Origin: Acidimicrobiales bacterium | Lineage (GTDB): Bacteria > Actinomycetota > Acidimicrobiia > Acidimicrobiales > JBBRAZ01 | Assembly: GCA_038206295.1 (NCBI GenBank) | Contig: JBBRAZ010000014.1 | Coordinates: forward strand, 6,771-70,770 | Reading direction: 5' to 3' | Length of the DNA stretch: 64,000 nt | Shown here: positions 9,673 to 19,283 of the stretch, in pieces | How positions within the stretch are numbered: the first letter of the stretch is position 1 | How the letters are laid out: each line of letters begins with the position of its first letter | Notes under the pieces: generated by a model | The model's input: only the letters and a program-made list of their open reading frames with translations | Databases searched by the model: none | Told to the model about the DNA's origin: nothing | Translations under genes and position numbers: made by a program

Positions 9673-10071
9673 TCAGTCCCCCGGGTCGAGCGCCAGCGAT
9701 GCCGAGTTGATGCAGAAGCGCTCGCCCGTCGGCGCGGGGCCGTCGGGGAAGACGTGGCCGAGGTGGGCGTCGCAGCTCGCGCACCGCACCTCGCTGCGTA
9801 CCATGCCGTGGGTGCGGTCCTCCACGACCGTCACCCCGTCGCCGTCCATCGGCTCCCAGAACGACGGCCACCCGCTGCCCGACTCGAACTTCGTCGCCGA
9901 CGAGAACAGCGGCGCACCGCACACCACGCAGCGGTAGGTGCCGTCGTCGTGGCAGTCCCAGTAGGCGCCGGTGAACGCCCGCTCGGTGCCGCCGCGCTGC
10001 GTCACCTCGTACTGCTCGGGGGTGAGCCGCTCGCGCAGCTCGTCGTCGGTGGGCACGTCCGCGTCGGCCAT
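9673..10071 (-). CDS. msrB: Peptide-methionine (R)-S-oxide reductase MsrB
   Basis: [43 protein letters not shown]. Confidence 0.95.
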   Translation of the reverse strand: MADADVPTDDELRERLTPEQYEVTQRGGTERAFTGAYWDCHDDGTYRCVVCGAPLFSSATKFESGSGWPSFWEPMDGDGVTVVEDRTHGMVRSEVRCASCDAHLGHVFPDGPAPTGERFCINSASLALDPGD

Positions 10072-10173
10072 GGTCGCTCCTCGGGGTGGGTCGCGGGCGC
10101 AGCGTAGGCACCGCCGCGGCGATCTGCTCCGCGCTCGGCCAGGGGAGCGATCGATCGCACGCGCGTTCGGTCC

Positions 10174-10202
10174 TTGATCGAACAGCTGTTCGCCAGTAGG
10201 GT
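10174..10202 (+). promoter_or_regulatory. LexA-repressed recA promoter with SOS box
   Basis: TTGATC (10174) -17 nt- TAGGGT (10197); perfect CGAAC-AGCT-GTTCG at 10179-10192; weaker CGCAC-GCGC-GTTCG at 10156-10169. Confidence 0.88.
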
Positions 10203-10253
10203 GACTTCGTCCCACCTCACCAGGCGTCGGTGCGGGGCGCACCGGCGGCTCGC

Positions 10254-10275
10254 TGTCACACCCCCTCCGTAGGGT
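10254..10275 (+). promoter_or_regulatory. RecA-NDp / PafBC-type promoter of recA
   Basis: TGTCAC-N10-TAGGGT, matching the TGTCRS-N10-TANNNT architecture. Confidence 0.75.
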
Positions 10276-10356
10276 CGCCCCCAGCAGATCGCAGCGGCAC
10301 GGCGCCGCCGCCCAAACCAGCAACCGGGCTGCGGCCCAGCGGACCAAGGAGCACAC

Positions 10357-11397
10357 GTGGAGCGAGACAAGGCCCTGGACATGGCCCTCGGGCAGATCGA
10401 GAAGCAGTTCGGCAAGGGCTCGGTCATGAAGATGGGCGATCGCATCGACATGGCGATCGAGTCCATCCCGACGGGGGCCCTGGCCCTCGACCTGGCGCTC
10501 GGCATCGGGGGCCTTCCCCGTGGCCGCGTGACGGAGATCTACGGCCCCGAGTCGTCGGGCAAGTCCACCCTGGCCATGCACGTCGTGGCCGAGGCCCAGC
10601 GCAACGGCGGCATCTGCGCCTACGTCGACGCAGAGCACGCGATGGACCCGATCTACGCGGCGGCCATCGGCGTCGACGTCGACGAGCTGCTCATCTCCCA
10701 GCCCGACACGGGCGAGCAGGCGCTCGAGATCACCGACATGCTCGTGCGCTCCGGTGCCATCGACGTCATCGTGATCGACTCGGTCGCCGCGCTCACGCCC
10801 CGCGCCGAGATCGAGGGCGACATGGGCGACACCCACGTCGGCCTGCAGGCCCGGCTCATGAGCCAGGCGCTGCGGAAGCTCACCGGCAACCTCAGCAAGT
10901 CCAACACCATCTGCATCTTCATCAACCAGCTGCGCGAGAAGATCGGCGTGATGTTCGGCTCGCCGGAGACGACGCCGGGTGGACGGGCGCTGAAGTTCTA
11001 CTCGTCGGTCCGCCTCGACATCCGCCGCATCGAGTCCATCAAGGACGGTGTCGAGGTGGTGGGCAATCGAACCCGCGTCAAGGTCGTGAAGAACAAGGTC
11101 GCCCCGCCGTTCAAGCAGGCCGAGTTCGACATCATGTACGGCCAGGGCATCAGCCGCGAGGGCTCGGTGCTCGACATCGGCGTCGACCTCGGCATCATCA
11201 AGAAGTCGGGTGCCTGGTACACCTACGAGGGCGAGCAGCTCGGTCAGGGCCGCGAGAACGCCAAGTCGTTCCTCACCGACAACCCCGAGATCATGGTCGA
11301 GGTCTCCGAGCGGATCCGCAACGAGGTCGGCCTCGGCGACGACGTCACCGACGAGTTCAGCGAGGCCGATGAGGTGCCCATCGCGCTCGACGACTGA
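10357..11397 (+). CDS. recA: Recombinase A
   Basis: GPESSGKS Walker [35 protein letters not shown]; no intein. Confidence 0.99.
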   Translation: MERDKALDMALGQIEKQFGKGSVMKMGDRIDMAIESIPTGALALDLALGIGGLPRGRVTEIYGPESSGKSTLAMHVVAEAQRNGGICAYVDAEHAMDPIYAAAIGVDVDELLISQPDTGEQALEITDMLVRSGAIDVIVIDSVAALTPRAEIEGDMGDTHVGLQARLMSQALRKLTGNLSKSNTICIFINQLREKIGVMFGSPETTPGGRALKFYSSVRLDIRRIESIKDGVEVVGNRTRVKVVKNKVAPPFKQAEFDIMYGQGISREGSVLDIGVDLGIIKKSGAWYTYEGEQLGQGRENAKSFLTDNPEIMVEVSERIRNEVGLGDDVTDEFSEADEVPIALDD

Positions 11398-11442
11398 GCA
11401 CCACATCCTGCGGCGCCGGCCAGCCCCGGCGCCCGGTGCGAG

Positions 11443-11472
11443 CGGCCGCCATCGGACATCCGATGGCGGCCG
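11443..11472 (+). terminator. Hairpin downstream of recA
   Basis: CGGCCGCCATCGGA / TCCGATGGCGGCCG, 14-bp perfect inverted repeat; no U-tract. Confidence 0.6.
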
Positions 11473-11552
11473 TGACGCGCCCAGACACCGCAGCGTCCGT
11501 CGACCTTCGTCCGAAGGGTCGTCGCACAGCGATGAGTCGTAGGCTGCGGACC

Positions 11553-13013
11553 GTGACGCAGCGATACCTGGTGCGCACCTTCGGGTGCCAGATGAACGAG
11601 CACGACTCGGAGCGCATCGCCGGCCTGCTCGAGGCCGACGGGATGGAGGCTGCCGACGGCATCGACGACGCGGATGTCATCGTGCTCAACACCTGCTGCA
11701 TCCGCGAGAACGCCGACAACAAGCTCTACGGCCACCTCGGCAACCTCAAGGCCCTCAAGGACCAGCGCCCCGACCTCCAGATCGCCGTCGCCGGGTGCCT
11801 CGCCCAGAAGGATCGCGACGTGGTGCGCGAGCGGGCCCCGCACGTCGATGTCGTCTTCGGTACCCACAACGTGCACCGCGCCGCTGAGCTCCTCACCGAG
11901 GCCCGCACCGAAGGGCCCCTCGTGGAGATCCTCGAGGAGACCGCCCGCGAGGACGCCGAGGCCTTCCCCTCCGCCCTGCCGGCCAAGCGCGAGGTCGACC
12001 ACGCCGCGTGGTTGACGATCCAGGTCGGCTGCGACAACTCGTGCGCCTTCTGCATCGTGCCCGCGGTGCGCGGCCCCGAGATCAGCAAGCCGTTCGGCGG
12101 CCTGGTCGATGAGGTGCGCCGGCTCGCCGACGACGGCGTGATCGAGGTGACGCTGCTGGGCCAGAACGTCAACTCCTACGGTCGGGACCTCGCAGCGCGT
12201 CGCCGCGGCGAGGTGCCTTCGCCGGTGGACGCCTGGGAAGCGGGGGAGACCTGGGCGAACGACCCGCAGCGCCGCCTCCGGCCGCTGTTCGCCGACCTGC
12301 TGCGCGAGGTCGGCGCGGTCCCCGGCATCGAGCGCGTCCGCTACACGAGCCCGCACCCCAAGGACCTGCGCACCGAGACCATCGCGGCGATGGCTGAGAC
12401 CCCCGAGGTCTGCGAGCACCTGCACCTGCCCCTGCAGTCCGGCAGCGATGCCGTGCTGGCCGCCATGCACCGCGGCTACACCGCCGAGCGCTACCTCGAG
12501 CGACTCGCCGCGGCTCGAGCGGCCATCGACGACCTGGCGGTCACCACCGACCTCATCGTCGGGTTCCCGGGCGAGACCGACGACGACTTCGCCCAGACCC
12601 TCGAGGTCGTCGCCGCGGCCGAGCTCGACAGCGCCTACACCTTCATCTACTCGCCGCGCCCGGGCACCGAGGCCGCGGATCGCGTGGCGGACTTCGTGGC
12701 GCCGGCGGTCATCGCCGAGCGGTTCGACAGGCTGCGCGTCGTCATCGAGCGCTCCGGCCTCGCGCGCCACGAAGCGCGCGTCGGGCGCGACGAGGAGGTC
12801 GTCGTCGAGGGACCGAGCCGTCGCGATCCTGCGGTGCTCGCCGGGCGCACCCGGCAGAACAAGCTCGTGCACTTCGAGGCGGCGTCGCTGCGGCCAGGCG
12901 CCGTCGCGACCGTGCACATCACGCGCGCAGCGCCGCACCACCTCGCCGGTCGCCTGGTCGAGGTCCTCGCGCAACCGAGACGACGGTTGCGCATACCCGT
13001 AGCAGCTGGCTGA
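11553..13013 (+). CDS. miaB: tRNA-2-methylthio-N6-dimethylallyladenosine synthase MiaB
   Basis: [42 protein letters not shown]; TAGGCT 7 nt before GTG. Confidence 0.96.
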   Translation: MTQRYLVRTFGCQMNEHDSERIAGLLEADGMEAADGIDDADVIVLNTCCIRENADNKLYGHLGNLKALKDQRPDLQIAVAGCLAQKDRDVVRERAPHVDVVFGTHNVHRAAELLTEARTEGPLVEILEETAREDAEAFPSALPAKREVDHAAWLTIQVGCDNSCAFCIVPAVRGPEISKPFGGLVDEVRRLADDGVIEVTLLGQNVNSYGRDLAARRRGEVPSPVDAWEAGETWANDPQRRLRPLFADLLREVGAVPGIERVRYTSPHPKDLRTETIAAMAETPEVCEHLHLPLQSGSDAVLAAMHRGYTAERYLERLAAARAAIDDLAVTTDLIVGFPGETDDDFAQTLEVVAAAELDSAYTFIYSPRPGTEAADRVADFVAPAVIAERFDRLRVVIERSGLARHEARVGRDEEVVVEGPSRRDPAVLAGRTRQNKLVHFEAASLRPGAVATVHITRAAPHHLAGRLVEVLAQPRRRLRIPVAAG

Positions 13014-13041
13014 GCGCTCACCTGGCGGAGGGGGCACGGAC

Positions 13042-13863
13042 ATGGCGGAGGGACGAGGAGGCAGCAGCGTCGGTCGCGTGCCGACGGCGGTCGCGGCCGC
13101 GGTCGGCGACGGCAGCTGGCAGGAGCTGACCGTCAACCGGCTCGGCAAGCGCGTGTACCGCATCTGCGACCGCTCGGACGGACCGGATCGCATCCTCAAG
13201 ATCCAGACCCCCGACGGTCTCGGCCCCGGCGTGCCGACGCTCGGCGACGAGCGCGAGCGCCTGGAGTGGCTCGGCGAGCGCCTCCGCACGCCCGATGTCG
13301 TCGCCTACGACGTGAACGACGAGGGCACCGGGTTCCTCGTGACCTCGGTGCTGCCTGGCGCCGATGGCGTCGACCTGCTGCACCGCGTGGACGGCGACCG
13401 CACCGTCACCGCCTTCGCCGAGGCGCTGCGGGCCCTGCACTCGCTGCCCATCGACGAGTGCCCGTTCGACGGATCGGTCGCCATCCGCCTCGCCGACGCC
13501 GCGCAGCGGGTCGATCTCGGCATGGTCGACGTCGCTCGACTCGATGCCGCCTACCAGCGGTACTCGCCCGAGGTGCTGCTCGGCTTCGCACGAGACAGCG
13601 TCCCGGCCGAGGAGGACCTCGTCGTCGCCCACGGCGGCTACGTGCTGGGCAACGTGGTGCTCGACGACGGGGAGGTCGTCGGGTTCCTCGACGTGGGTCG
13701 CCTCGGCGTGGCGGACCGCCACTGCGACCTGGCGGTCGCTGCTCGCAGCATCGCCCGCAACCTCGGGCCCGACGCCGTCGGCCGGTTCATGCTCGCCTAC
13801 GGCCTCGAGTGGCCAGACCCGCGCAAGATCGACTTCTTCCTGCTCCTGCGCGAGCTCTTCTGA
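13042..13863 (+). CDS. APH(3')-like phosphotransferase homolog lacking the catalytic Asp
   Basis: ERLEWL, LHSLPIDECPF, GFLDVGRLGVADRHCDLA, KIDFF.LL.ELF are APH(3')-type; the HGD motif reads HGG. Confidence 0.85.
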   Translation: MAEGRGGSSVGRVPTAVAAAVGDGSWQELTVNRLGKRVYRICDRSDGPDRILKIQTPDGLGPGVPTLGDERERLEWLGERLRTPDVVAYDVNDEGTGFLVTSVLPGADGVDLLHRVDGDRTVTAFAEALRALHSLPIDECPFDGSVAIRLADAAQRVDLGMVDVARLDAAYQRYSPEVLLGFARDSVPAEEDLVVAHGGYVLGNVVLDDGEVVGFLDVGRLGVADRHCDLAVAARSIARNLGPDAVGRFMLAYGLEWPDPRKIDFFLLLRELF

Positions 13864-13905
13864 GCGACGACCCTCGCCGCTGCGGCCACGTGGCACGCTG
13901 AGGTC

Positions 13906-14853
13906 ATGGCCGGGCGCGTGGTGCTGGTGGGTCCGACCGCGTCGGGCAAGAGCGCGATCGCTCTCGACGTCGCTCGGCGCGTGGCTGGCACCGAGCTGGT
14001 CTCGATCGACGCCATGGCCGTCTACCGAGGCATGGACCTGGGCACCGCCAAGCCGACCGACGCGGAGCGCGCTGCGGTGCCGCACCACCTCGTCGATGTG
14101 CTCGACCCAGGCGAGGACTGCACCGTGGCCTGGTTCGCGGCGCAGGCGCGCATCGCCCTGGCGGACCTCGATCATCGCGGCATCCCCTCGATCCTGGTCG
14201 GCGGCACCGGCCTGTACGTGCGCGCCGTGGTCGACGACCTCGACGTCCCCGGTCGCTGGCCCGAGATCCGAGCAGCGCTGGAGGCCGACGCGGACGATCC
14301 TGCCGGCGTCCGGGCGCTGCACGAGCGCCTCGCAGCGCTCGACCCGGTCGCCGCCGCTCGCATGGAGCCGACCAATCGGCGCCGCGTGGTGCGGGCCATG
14401 GAGGTGACGATCGGTGCTGCTCGCCCGTTCTCGTCGTTCGGTCCCGGTCTCGACGCCTACCCGCCCTCGCCCTGGCCGTTGATCGGACTGCGCACGCCGC
14501 GCCCCGAGCTCGATGCCCGCATCGGGGCTCGGTTCGCTGCGCAGCTCGAATCCGGCCTGCTCGACGAGGTGCGTGCGCTGGCGGCGCGTCCGGGTGGGCT
14601 GTCGCGTACCGCGGCGCAGGCGCTCGGCTACCGCGAGCTGCTCGAGCACCTCCGCGGCGAGCGCATGCTGAGCGACGCCATCGACGAGGCGACCTCCCGC
14701 ATCCGTCGCTTCGCCCGTCGGCAGGAGCGATGGTTCCGGCGCGATCCCCGGATCACCTGGATCGACGTCGCAGACGGCGATCTCGCTCCCGCGGCCGACG
14801 CGGTGCGCCGAGCTCTCGTCGACCCGGCGTCGTTCGCACCTCCGCCCGGTTGA
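13906..14853 (+). CDS. miaA: tRNA dimethylallyltransferase MiaA
   Basis: GPTASGKS, DAMAVYRGMDLGTAKP, GGTGLY, ALGYRE, FARRQERWF. Confidence 0.96.
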   Translation: MAGRVVLVGPTASGKSAIALDVARRVAGTELVSIDAMAVYRGMDLGTAKPTDAERAAVPHHLVDVLDPGEDCTVAWFAAQARIALADLDHRGIPSILVGGTGLYVRAVVDDLDVPGRWPEIRAALEADADDPAGVRALHERLAALDPVAAARMEPTNRRRVVRAMEVTIGAARPFSSFGPGLDAYPPSPWPLIGLRTPRPELDARIGARFAAQLESGLLDEVRALAARPGGLSRTAAQALGYRELLEHLRGERMLSDAIDEATSRIRRFARRQERWFRRDPRITWIDVADGDLAPAADAVRRALVDPASFAPPPG

Positions 14854-14953
14854 GCGACCGGGAACCGACGGTGGGTCCTCCGTCGCGATGCGCGACGCTG
14901 TGGGGCGGCGACCGACCCGGTGGCCGACGATGCGCGACGACCGGAGGACCGAG

Positions 14954-15829
14954 GTGCGACTCTCCAAGCTGCACGGCCTCGGGAACGACTTCCTCGTCCT
15001 GCTCGCCGAGCGCCACGCCGTGGTGCCGGCCATCGACGCGCCGCTCGCTCGACAGCTGTGCGACCGCCGGCGCGGCGTCGGTGCCGACGGCCTCATCGTC
15101 GGCACCCCGGCGCCTTCGGATGGCGACGGCTCGTGGGACCTCGACATGCTGCTGCGCAACTCCGACGGCACAGTCGCCGAGATGAGCGGCAACGGCATCC
15201 GCTGCTTGGCCCACGCAGTCGCGCTCGCCCGAGGCGTCGACGACCTCGCGCTCACCATCCGCACCGGCGGCGGGCTTCGTGCCGTGCACGTGCGCGATGC
15301 GTCGGGCGCGTGCACCGTCGAGGTGGCGATGGGCTCGGCGTCGCCGGGCCCGTCGACGACCGACCCGGCAGCCAGCGATGCGCTCGCGTCGCTCGTCGGC
15401 ACGCCAGCTGCACCGATCGAGCCTGGTCGCGTCGCCACCGTCGAGGTCGGCAACCCGCACCTGGTGATCGAGGTCGCCGATCCCGCCCGAGTCGACCTCG
15501 CCGTCGTCGGTCCTCGGCTTGAGGCCGCGTTCCCTGAAGGGATCAACGTCGAGTTCGTCCGAGCTGATGGCACCGGCGGCCTCGAGCTCGTGGTCTGGGA
15601 GCGAGGCGCCGGCATCACCGAGGCGTGCGGCACCGGGGCCTGCGCCGCAGCGCACGCCGCGCGTGGCTGGGGCATCGTCGGGGAGCGAGTCCAGGTGGCG
15701 ATGCCCGGCGGCGATGCCACCGTGGTGCTCGGCGGCGACGGCATGCACGGAATCGTGCTGCACGGCCCCTCGGTGCACGTCGTCGAGCTCGACGTGCCAG
15801 GCGACGCATCGGCGGTCGACCGTGGCTGA
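14954..15829 (+). CDS. dapF: Diaminopimelate epimerase
   Basis: KLHGLGNDF, GVGADG, NSDG..AEMSGNG, VGNPH, NVEF, ERGAG.TEACGTG. Confidence 0.93.
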   Translation: MRLSKLHGLGNDFLVLLAERHAVVPAIDAPLARQLCDRRRGVGADGLIVGTPAPSDGDGSWDLDMLLRNSDGTVAEMSGNGIRCLAHAVALARGVDDLALTIRTGGGLRAVHVRDASGACTVEVAMGSASPGPSTTDPAASDALASLVGTPAAPIEPGRVATVEVGNPHLVIEVADPARVDLAVVGPRLEAAFPEGINVEFVRADGTGGLELVVWERGAGITEACGTGACAAAHAARGWGIVGERVQVAMPGGDATVVLGGDGMHGIVLHGPSVHVVELDVPGDASAVDRG

Positions 15830-17201
15830 TGACGAGGAGGACCTGGAGGAAGACGAGCTGGAGGAGGACGAGCTGGAGGTGCGCAGCCACCGCGGCGCCT
15901 TCGGCGACTTCGGTGGCGAGTCGTCAGGCCTCATCGACCGCACGTTCCGGGAGCGCATCGTGCTCGTCGGCGTGACGTTCCCCGATGGCGACGACACGAA
16001 GACCGAGGCTGCGCTCGACGAGCTCGCCCTGCTCGTCGACACCGCCGGCGCGGACGAGGTCGCTCGCGTGGTGCAGCGGCGTCGAGCCCCCGAGCGCGCC
16101 ACGTTCATCGGCAAGGGCAAGGTGGAGGAGCTCCGCGAGGTGTGCGAGGCGCTCGACGCCGACACCGTCGTGTTCGAGAACGAGCTCACCCCCGCCCAGC
16201 AGCGCAACCTCGAGACGCTCCTCGGGCGCACCGCGCTGGATCGCACCGCGGTGATCCTCGACATCTTCGCCCAGAACGCGTCGAGCCAGGAGGGCAAGGC
16301 CCAGGTCGAGCTGGCCCAGCTCCGCTACCGGCTGCCGCGCCTGCGCGGGCGTGGCACGGCGCTCAGCCAGCAGGCTGCGGGCATCGGCACCAGGGGACCG
16401 GGCGAGACGCAGCTCGAGGTGGACCGCCGCCGCATCGAGCGCCGGCTCCACAAGCTGGAGGCCGATCTGCGAGACGTCGCGCACCACCGCGACACGCAGC
16501 GCAAGGCGAGTCGGCGCAGCGCGGTGCCGCGCGTCGCCATCGTCGGCTACACCAACGCCGGGAAGTCGACGCTGCTGAACCGCCTCACCGATGCCGGGGT
16601 GCTGGTCGAGGACCGCCTGTTCGCCACGTTGGATGCCACCACCCGCAAGCTGTCGCTGCCCGGCGGCCACGAGGTGCTGCTCACCGACACGGTGGGGTTC
16701 GTCACCAACCTGCCCCACCAGCTCGTCGAGGCGTTCCGCTCCACCCTGGATGTCACCACCGACGCCGATCTGCTCGTGCACGTCGTCGACGCGGCGGGCG
16801 CGGAGCCCGAGGCGCACCTGGCGGTGGTGCGCGACGTCCTCGAAGGCATCGGCGCCGGTGCAGTGCCCGAGCTGCTGGCGGTGAACAAGATCGATCTCGC
16901 TCCCGAGGTCGCCGCCGAGCTCGTCGCCCACCACCCGGGATCGGTGTCGTTCTCGGCCCGCACCGGCGCAGGCGTCGACGAGCTCCTGCTGGCGATTGGC
17001 GACCGGCTGCGTGCTCAGACCGAGGTCGTCGAGCTGCTCGTGCCGTGGGACCGGGGCGACATCGTGGCGATGGTGCACCGCGACGGCGAGGTGCTCGTCG
17101 AGCAGGCCGAGGAGGCCGGCACCCGGTTGCGCTGCCGGCTCGAGGCGCGCACCGCCGGGCAGGTGGCGGCGTTCCGCGTGCCCGCCGCCGATGTGATCTG
17201 A
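15822..17201 (+). CDS. hflX: Ribosome-splitting GTPase HflX
   Basis: ILDIFAQ, GTRGPGET.LE.DRR, GYTNAGKST, LFATLD, DTVGF, NKID; start 15822 or 15879. Confidence 0.95.
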   Translation: MADDEEDLEEDELEEDELEVRSHRGAFGDFGGESSGLIDRTFRERIVLVGVTFPDGDDTKTEAALDELALLVDTAGADEVARVVQRRRAPERATFIGKGKVEELREVCEALDADTVVFENELTPAQQRNLETLLGRTALDRTAVILDIFAQNASSQEGKAQVELAQLRYRLPRLRGRGTALSQQAAGIGTRGPGETQLEVDRRRIERRLHKLEADLRDVAHHRDTQRKASRRSAVPRVAIVGYTNAGKSTLLNRLTDAGVLVEDRLFATLDATTRKLSLPGGHEVLLTDTVGFVTNLPHQLVEAFRSTLDVTTDADLLVHVVDAAGAEPEAHLAVVRDVLEGIGAGAVPELLAVNKIDLAPEVAAELVAHHPGSVSFSARTGAGVDELLLAIGDRLRAQTEVVELLVPWDRGDIVAMVHRDGEVLVEQAEEAGTRLRCRLEARTAGQVAAFRVPAADVI

Positions 17202-17208
17202 TCACGGC

Positions 17209-18330
17209 GTGCGCACACCCACCGGGGGGTTCGAGCCCCCGCCGTACCCGTACGACCGCCTCGAGGAGCTCCGACCGATCGCCGCCGCGCACCCCGGCGG
17301 CCTGGTCGACCTCTCCGTGGGCACCCCGACCGACCCGCCGCCGGCCGCGGCCGTCGAGGCGCTGGCCACCTCGGGCACCGAGCGCGGCTACCCGCCGTCG
17401 ATCGGCACGCCCGCGCTGCGCGAGGCCGCGTCGGGCTGGTTGGAGCGCAGGCTCGGCGTGGCCGTGCCAGCCGACGCCATCGCGGCGTGCGTGGGCACCA
17501 AGGAGCTCGTCGCCTGGCTGCCGCACCTCCTGCGCTTGCGCGACCCAGGGCGCGACACCGTCCTGTACCCGGCGGTCAGCTACCCGACCTACGCCATGGG
17601 CGCGCTGCTGGCCGGCTGTCGAGCGGTGCCGGTGCCTGTCGACGAGCAGTGGGCCATCGACCTCGCGGCGGTCGACCCTGCCGACGCCGAGCGCGCCCTG
17701 TGCCTGTGGGTCAACACGCCTGGCAACCCCGCCGGCGGCCTCGACGACCTCGCAGCAGCAGCCGCGTGGGGTCGGGTGCACGAGGTGCCGGTGCTCTCAG
17801 ACGAGTGCTACGTGGAGTTCACCTGGGACGGCGCGCCGCGCACCATCCTCAGCGAGGGGCTCGACGGCGTCGTCGCCGTGCACTCGCTCTCCAAGCGCTC
17901 CAACCTGGCCGGCGCTCGGATCGGCTTCTACGCCGGCGACCCGGATCTCGTGCACTACCTGCGCGAGGTCCGCAAGCACGCTGGGGCCATGGTGCCCGGA
18001 CCGGTGCAGGCCGCCGGCGCCGCAGCGCTCGCGGACGACGCGCACGTGGAGGTGCAGCGGGAGCGCTACCGGGGGCGCCTCGAGCGCATGGTCGCGCTGC
18101 TGGCCCACCTGGGTGTCGAAGCCGAGCTGCCCCGCGGCGCCTTCTACCTCTGGGTTCCGGCCCCGAACGGCGACGCGTGGGCCTTCACCCGTCGGTTGGC
18201 CGCTGAGGCGGGCGCGCTGGTGAGCCCCGGCGACTTCTACGGCGAGGCCGGTGCCGGCCACGTGCGCCTCGCCGCGGTGCGTCCCGACGAGCAGCTCGAC
18301 CTCATCGCGCAGCGCATCGGGGTCAGCTGA
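17209..18330 (+). CDS. dapC: N-succinyldiaminopimelate aminotransferase
   Basis: VDLSVGTPTDP, YPTY, NTPGNP, SDECY, SLSKRSNLAG.R.G; clustered with dapD/dapE. Confidence 0.88.
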   Translation: MRTPTGGFEPPPYPYDRLEELRPIAAAHPGGLVDLSVGTPTDPPPAAAVEALATSGTERGYPPSIGTPALREAASGWLERRLGVAVPADAIAACVGTKELVAWLPHLLRLRDPGRDTVLYPAVSYPTYAMGALLAGCRAVPVPVDEQWAIDLAAVDPADAERALCLWVNTPGNPAGGLDDLAAAAAWGRVHEVPVLSDECYVEFTWDGAPRTILSEGLDGVVAVHSLSKRSNLAGARIGFYAGDPDLVHYLREVRKHAGAMVPGPVQAAGAAALADDAHVEVQRERYRGRLERMVALLAHLGVEAELPRGAFYLWVPAPNGDAWAFTRRLAAEAGALVSPGDFYGEAGAGHVRLAAVRPDEQLDLIAQRIGVS

Positions 18331-18403
18331 GGTGGTCGCGTGGCGCCGGCGCGGGTCGTCCAAGCGGACGGGCGCTGCGGCCGACGCCGGTAGCCTCCGG
18401 TCC

Positions 18404-19228
18404 ATGGCTGACCTGGAAGCGACCATCACCGAGCTGTGGGACCGACGCACGGAGCTCTCGCCGGACGACGACGAGGCCAACCGACCGATCCTCGAGGCGG
18501 TGCGACTGCTCGACCGCGGCGAGGCCCGGGTGGCCGAGATCGGGCCTGAGGGCGAGGTGATCGTCCACCAGTGGCTCAAGCAGGCGATCCTCCTGCTGTT
18601 CCGCCAGAGCGAGATGGCGACCATCGACATGGCGCCCTTCGAGTTCGCGGACAAGATCCCCCTCAAGCGCGACTTCCAGCGCAACGGCGTGCGCGTCGTG
18701 CCCGGCGCCTCGGCGCGGTTCGGCTCGTTCCTCGCTCGCGGCGTGGTGATGATGCCCAGCTACGTGAACATCGGCGCCTACGTGGGCGAGAACACGATGG
18801 TCGACACGTGGGCGACGGTCGGGTCCTGCGCCCAGATCGGCGCCAACGTGCACCTGTCGGGCGGGGTCGGCATCGGCGGCGTGCTCGAGCCGCCGCAGGC
18901 CGCGCCGGTCATCGTCGAGGACGACTGCCTCATCGGCAGCCGCTGCATCGTGGCCGAGGGCGCCCGGGTCGGGCGGGGCTCGGTGCTCGGCGCCGGATGC
19001 ATCCTCACCGCATCCATCCCGGTCATCGACGCAGAGACCGGTGACGAGCTGGCTCGAGGCCACGTGCCACCGTGGTCCGTTGCGGTGTCGGCCACCCGGC
19101 CGCGCACCTTCCCCGGCGGCGACTTCGGCCTGCCGTGCGTGCTGGTGCTCAAGCGCCTCACCGAGGGCGAGCGCCACGACAAGGCGGCGCTCAACGACGT
19201 GCTGCGCCTCCACGGCGCAGCGACCTGA
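18404..19228 (+). CDS. dapD: Tetrahydrodipicolinate N-succinyltransferase
   Basis: HQWLKQAILL.FR, DKIP, MPSYVNIGAYV, DTWATVGSCAQIG..VHLSGGVGIGGVLEP. Confidence 0.95.
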   Translation: MADLEATITELWDRRTELSPDDDEANRPILEAVRLLDRGEARVAEIGPEGEVIVHQWLKQAILLLFRQSEMATIDMAPFEFADKIPLKRDFQRNGVRVVPGASARFGSFLARGVVMMPSYVNIGAYVGENTMVDTWATVGSCAQIGANVHLSGGVGIGGVLEPPQAAPVIVEDDCLIGSRCIVAEGARVGRGSVLGAGCILTASIPVIDAETGDELARGHVPPWSVAVSATRPRTFPGGDFGLPCVLVLKRLTEGERHDKAALNDVLRLHGAAT

Positions 19229-19283
19229 CCGCATCCCAGCAACCGCCGCCGGCCGCAGCGGCCGGTGGCGGTAGCGTGCGGCG

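Noticed and set aside
13018-15744. Very long antisense or alternative-frame ORFs (also 19670-22306, 24742-27000, 38527-40983, 46047-48899, 49059-51272)
   Set aside because: They overlap well-recognised genes and are the expected shadow ORFs of high-GC coding sequence; no recognisable motifs.
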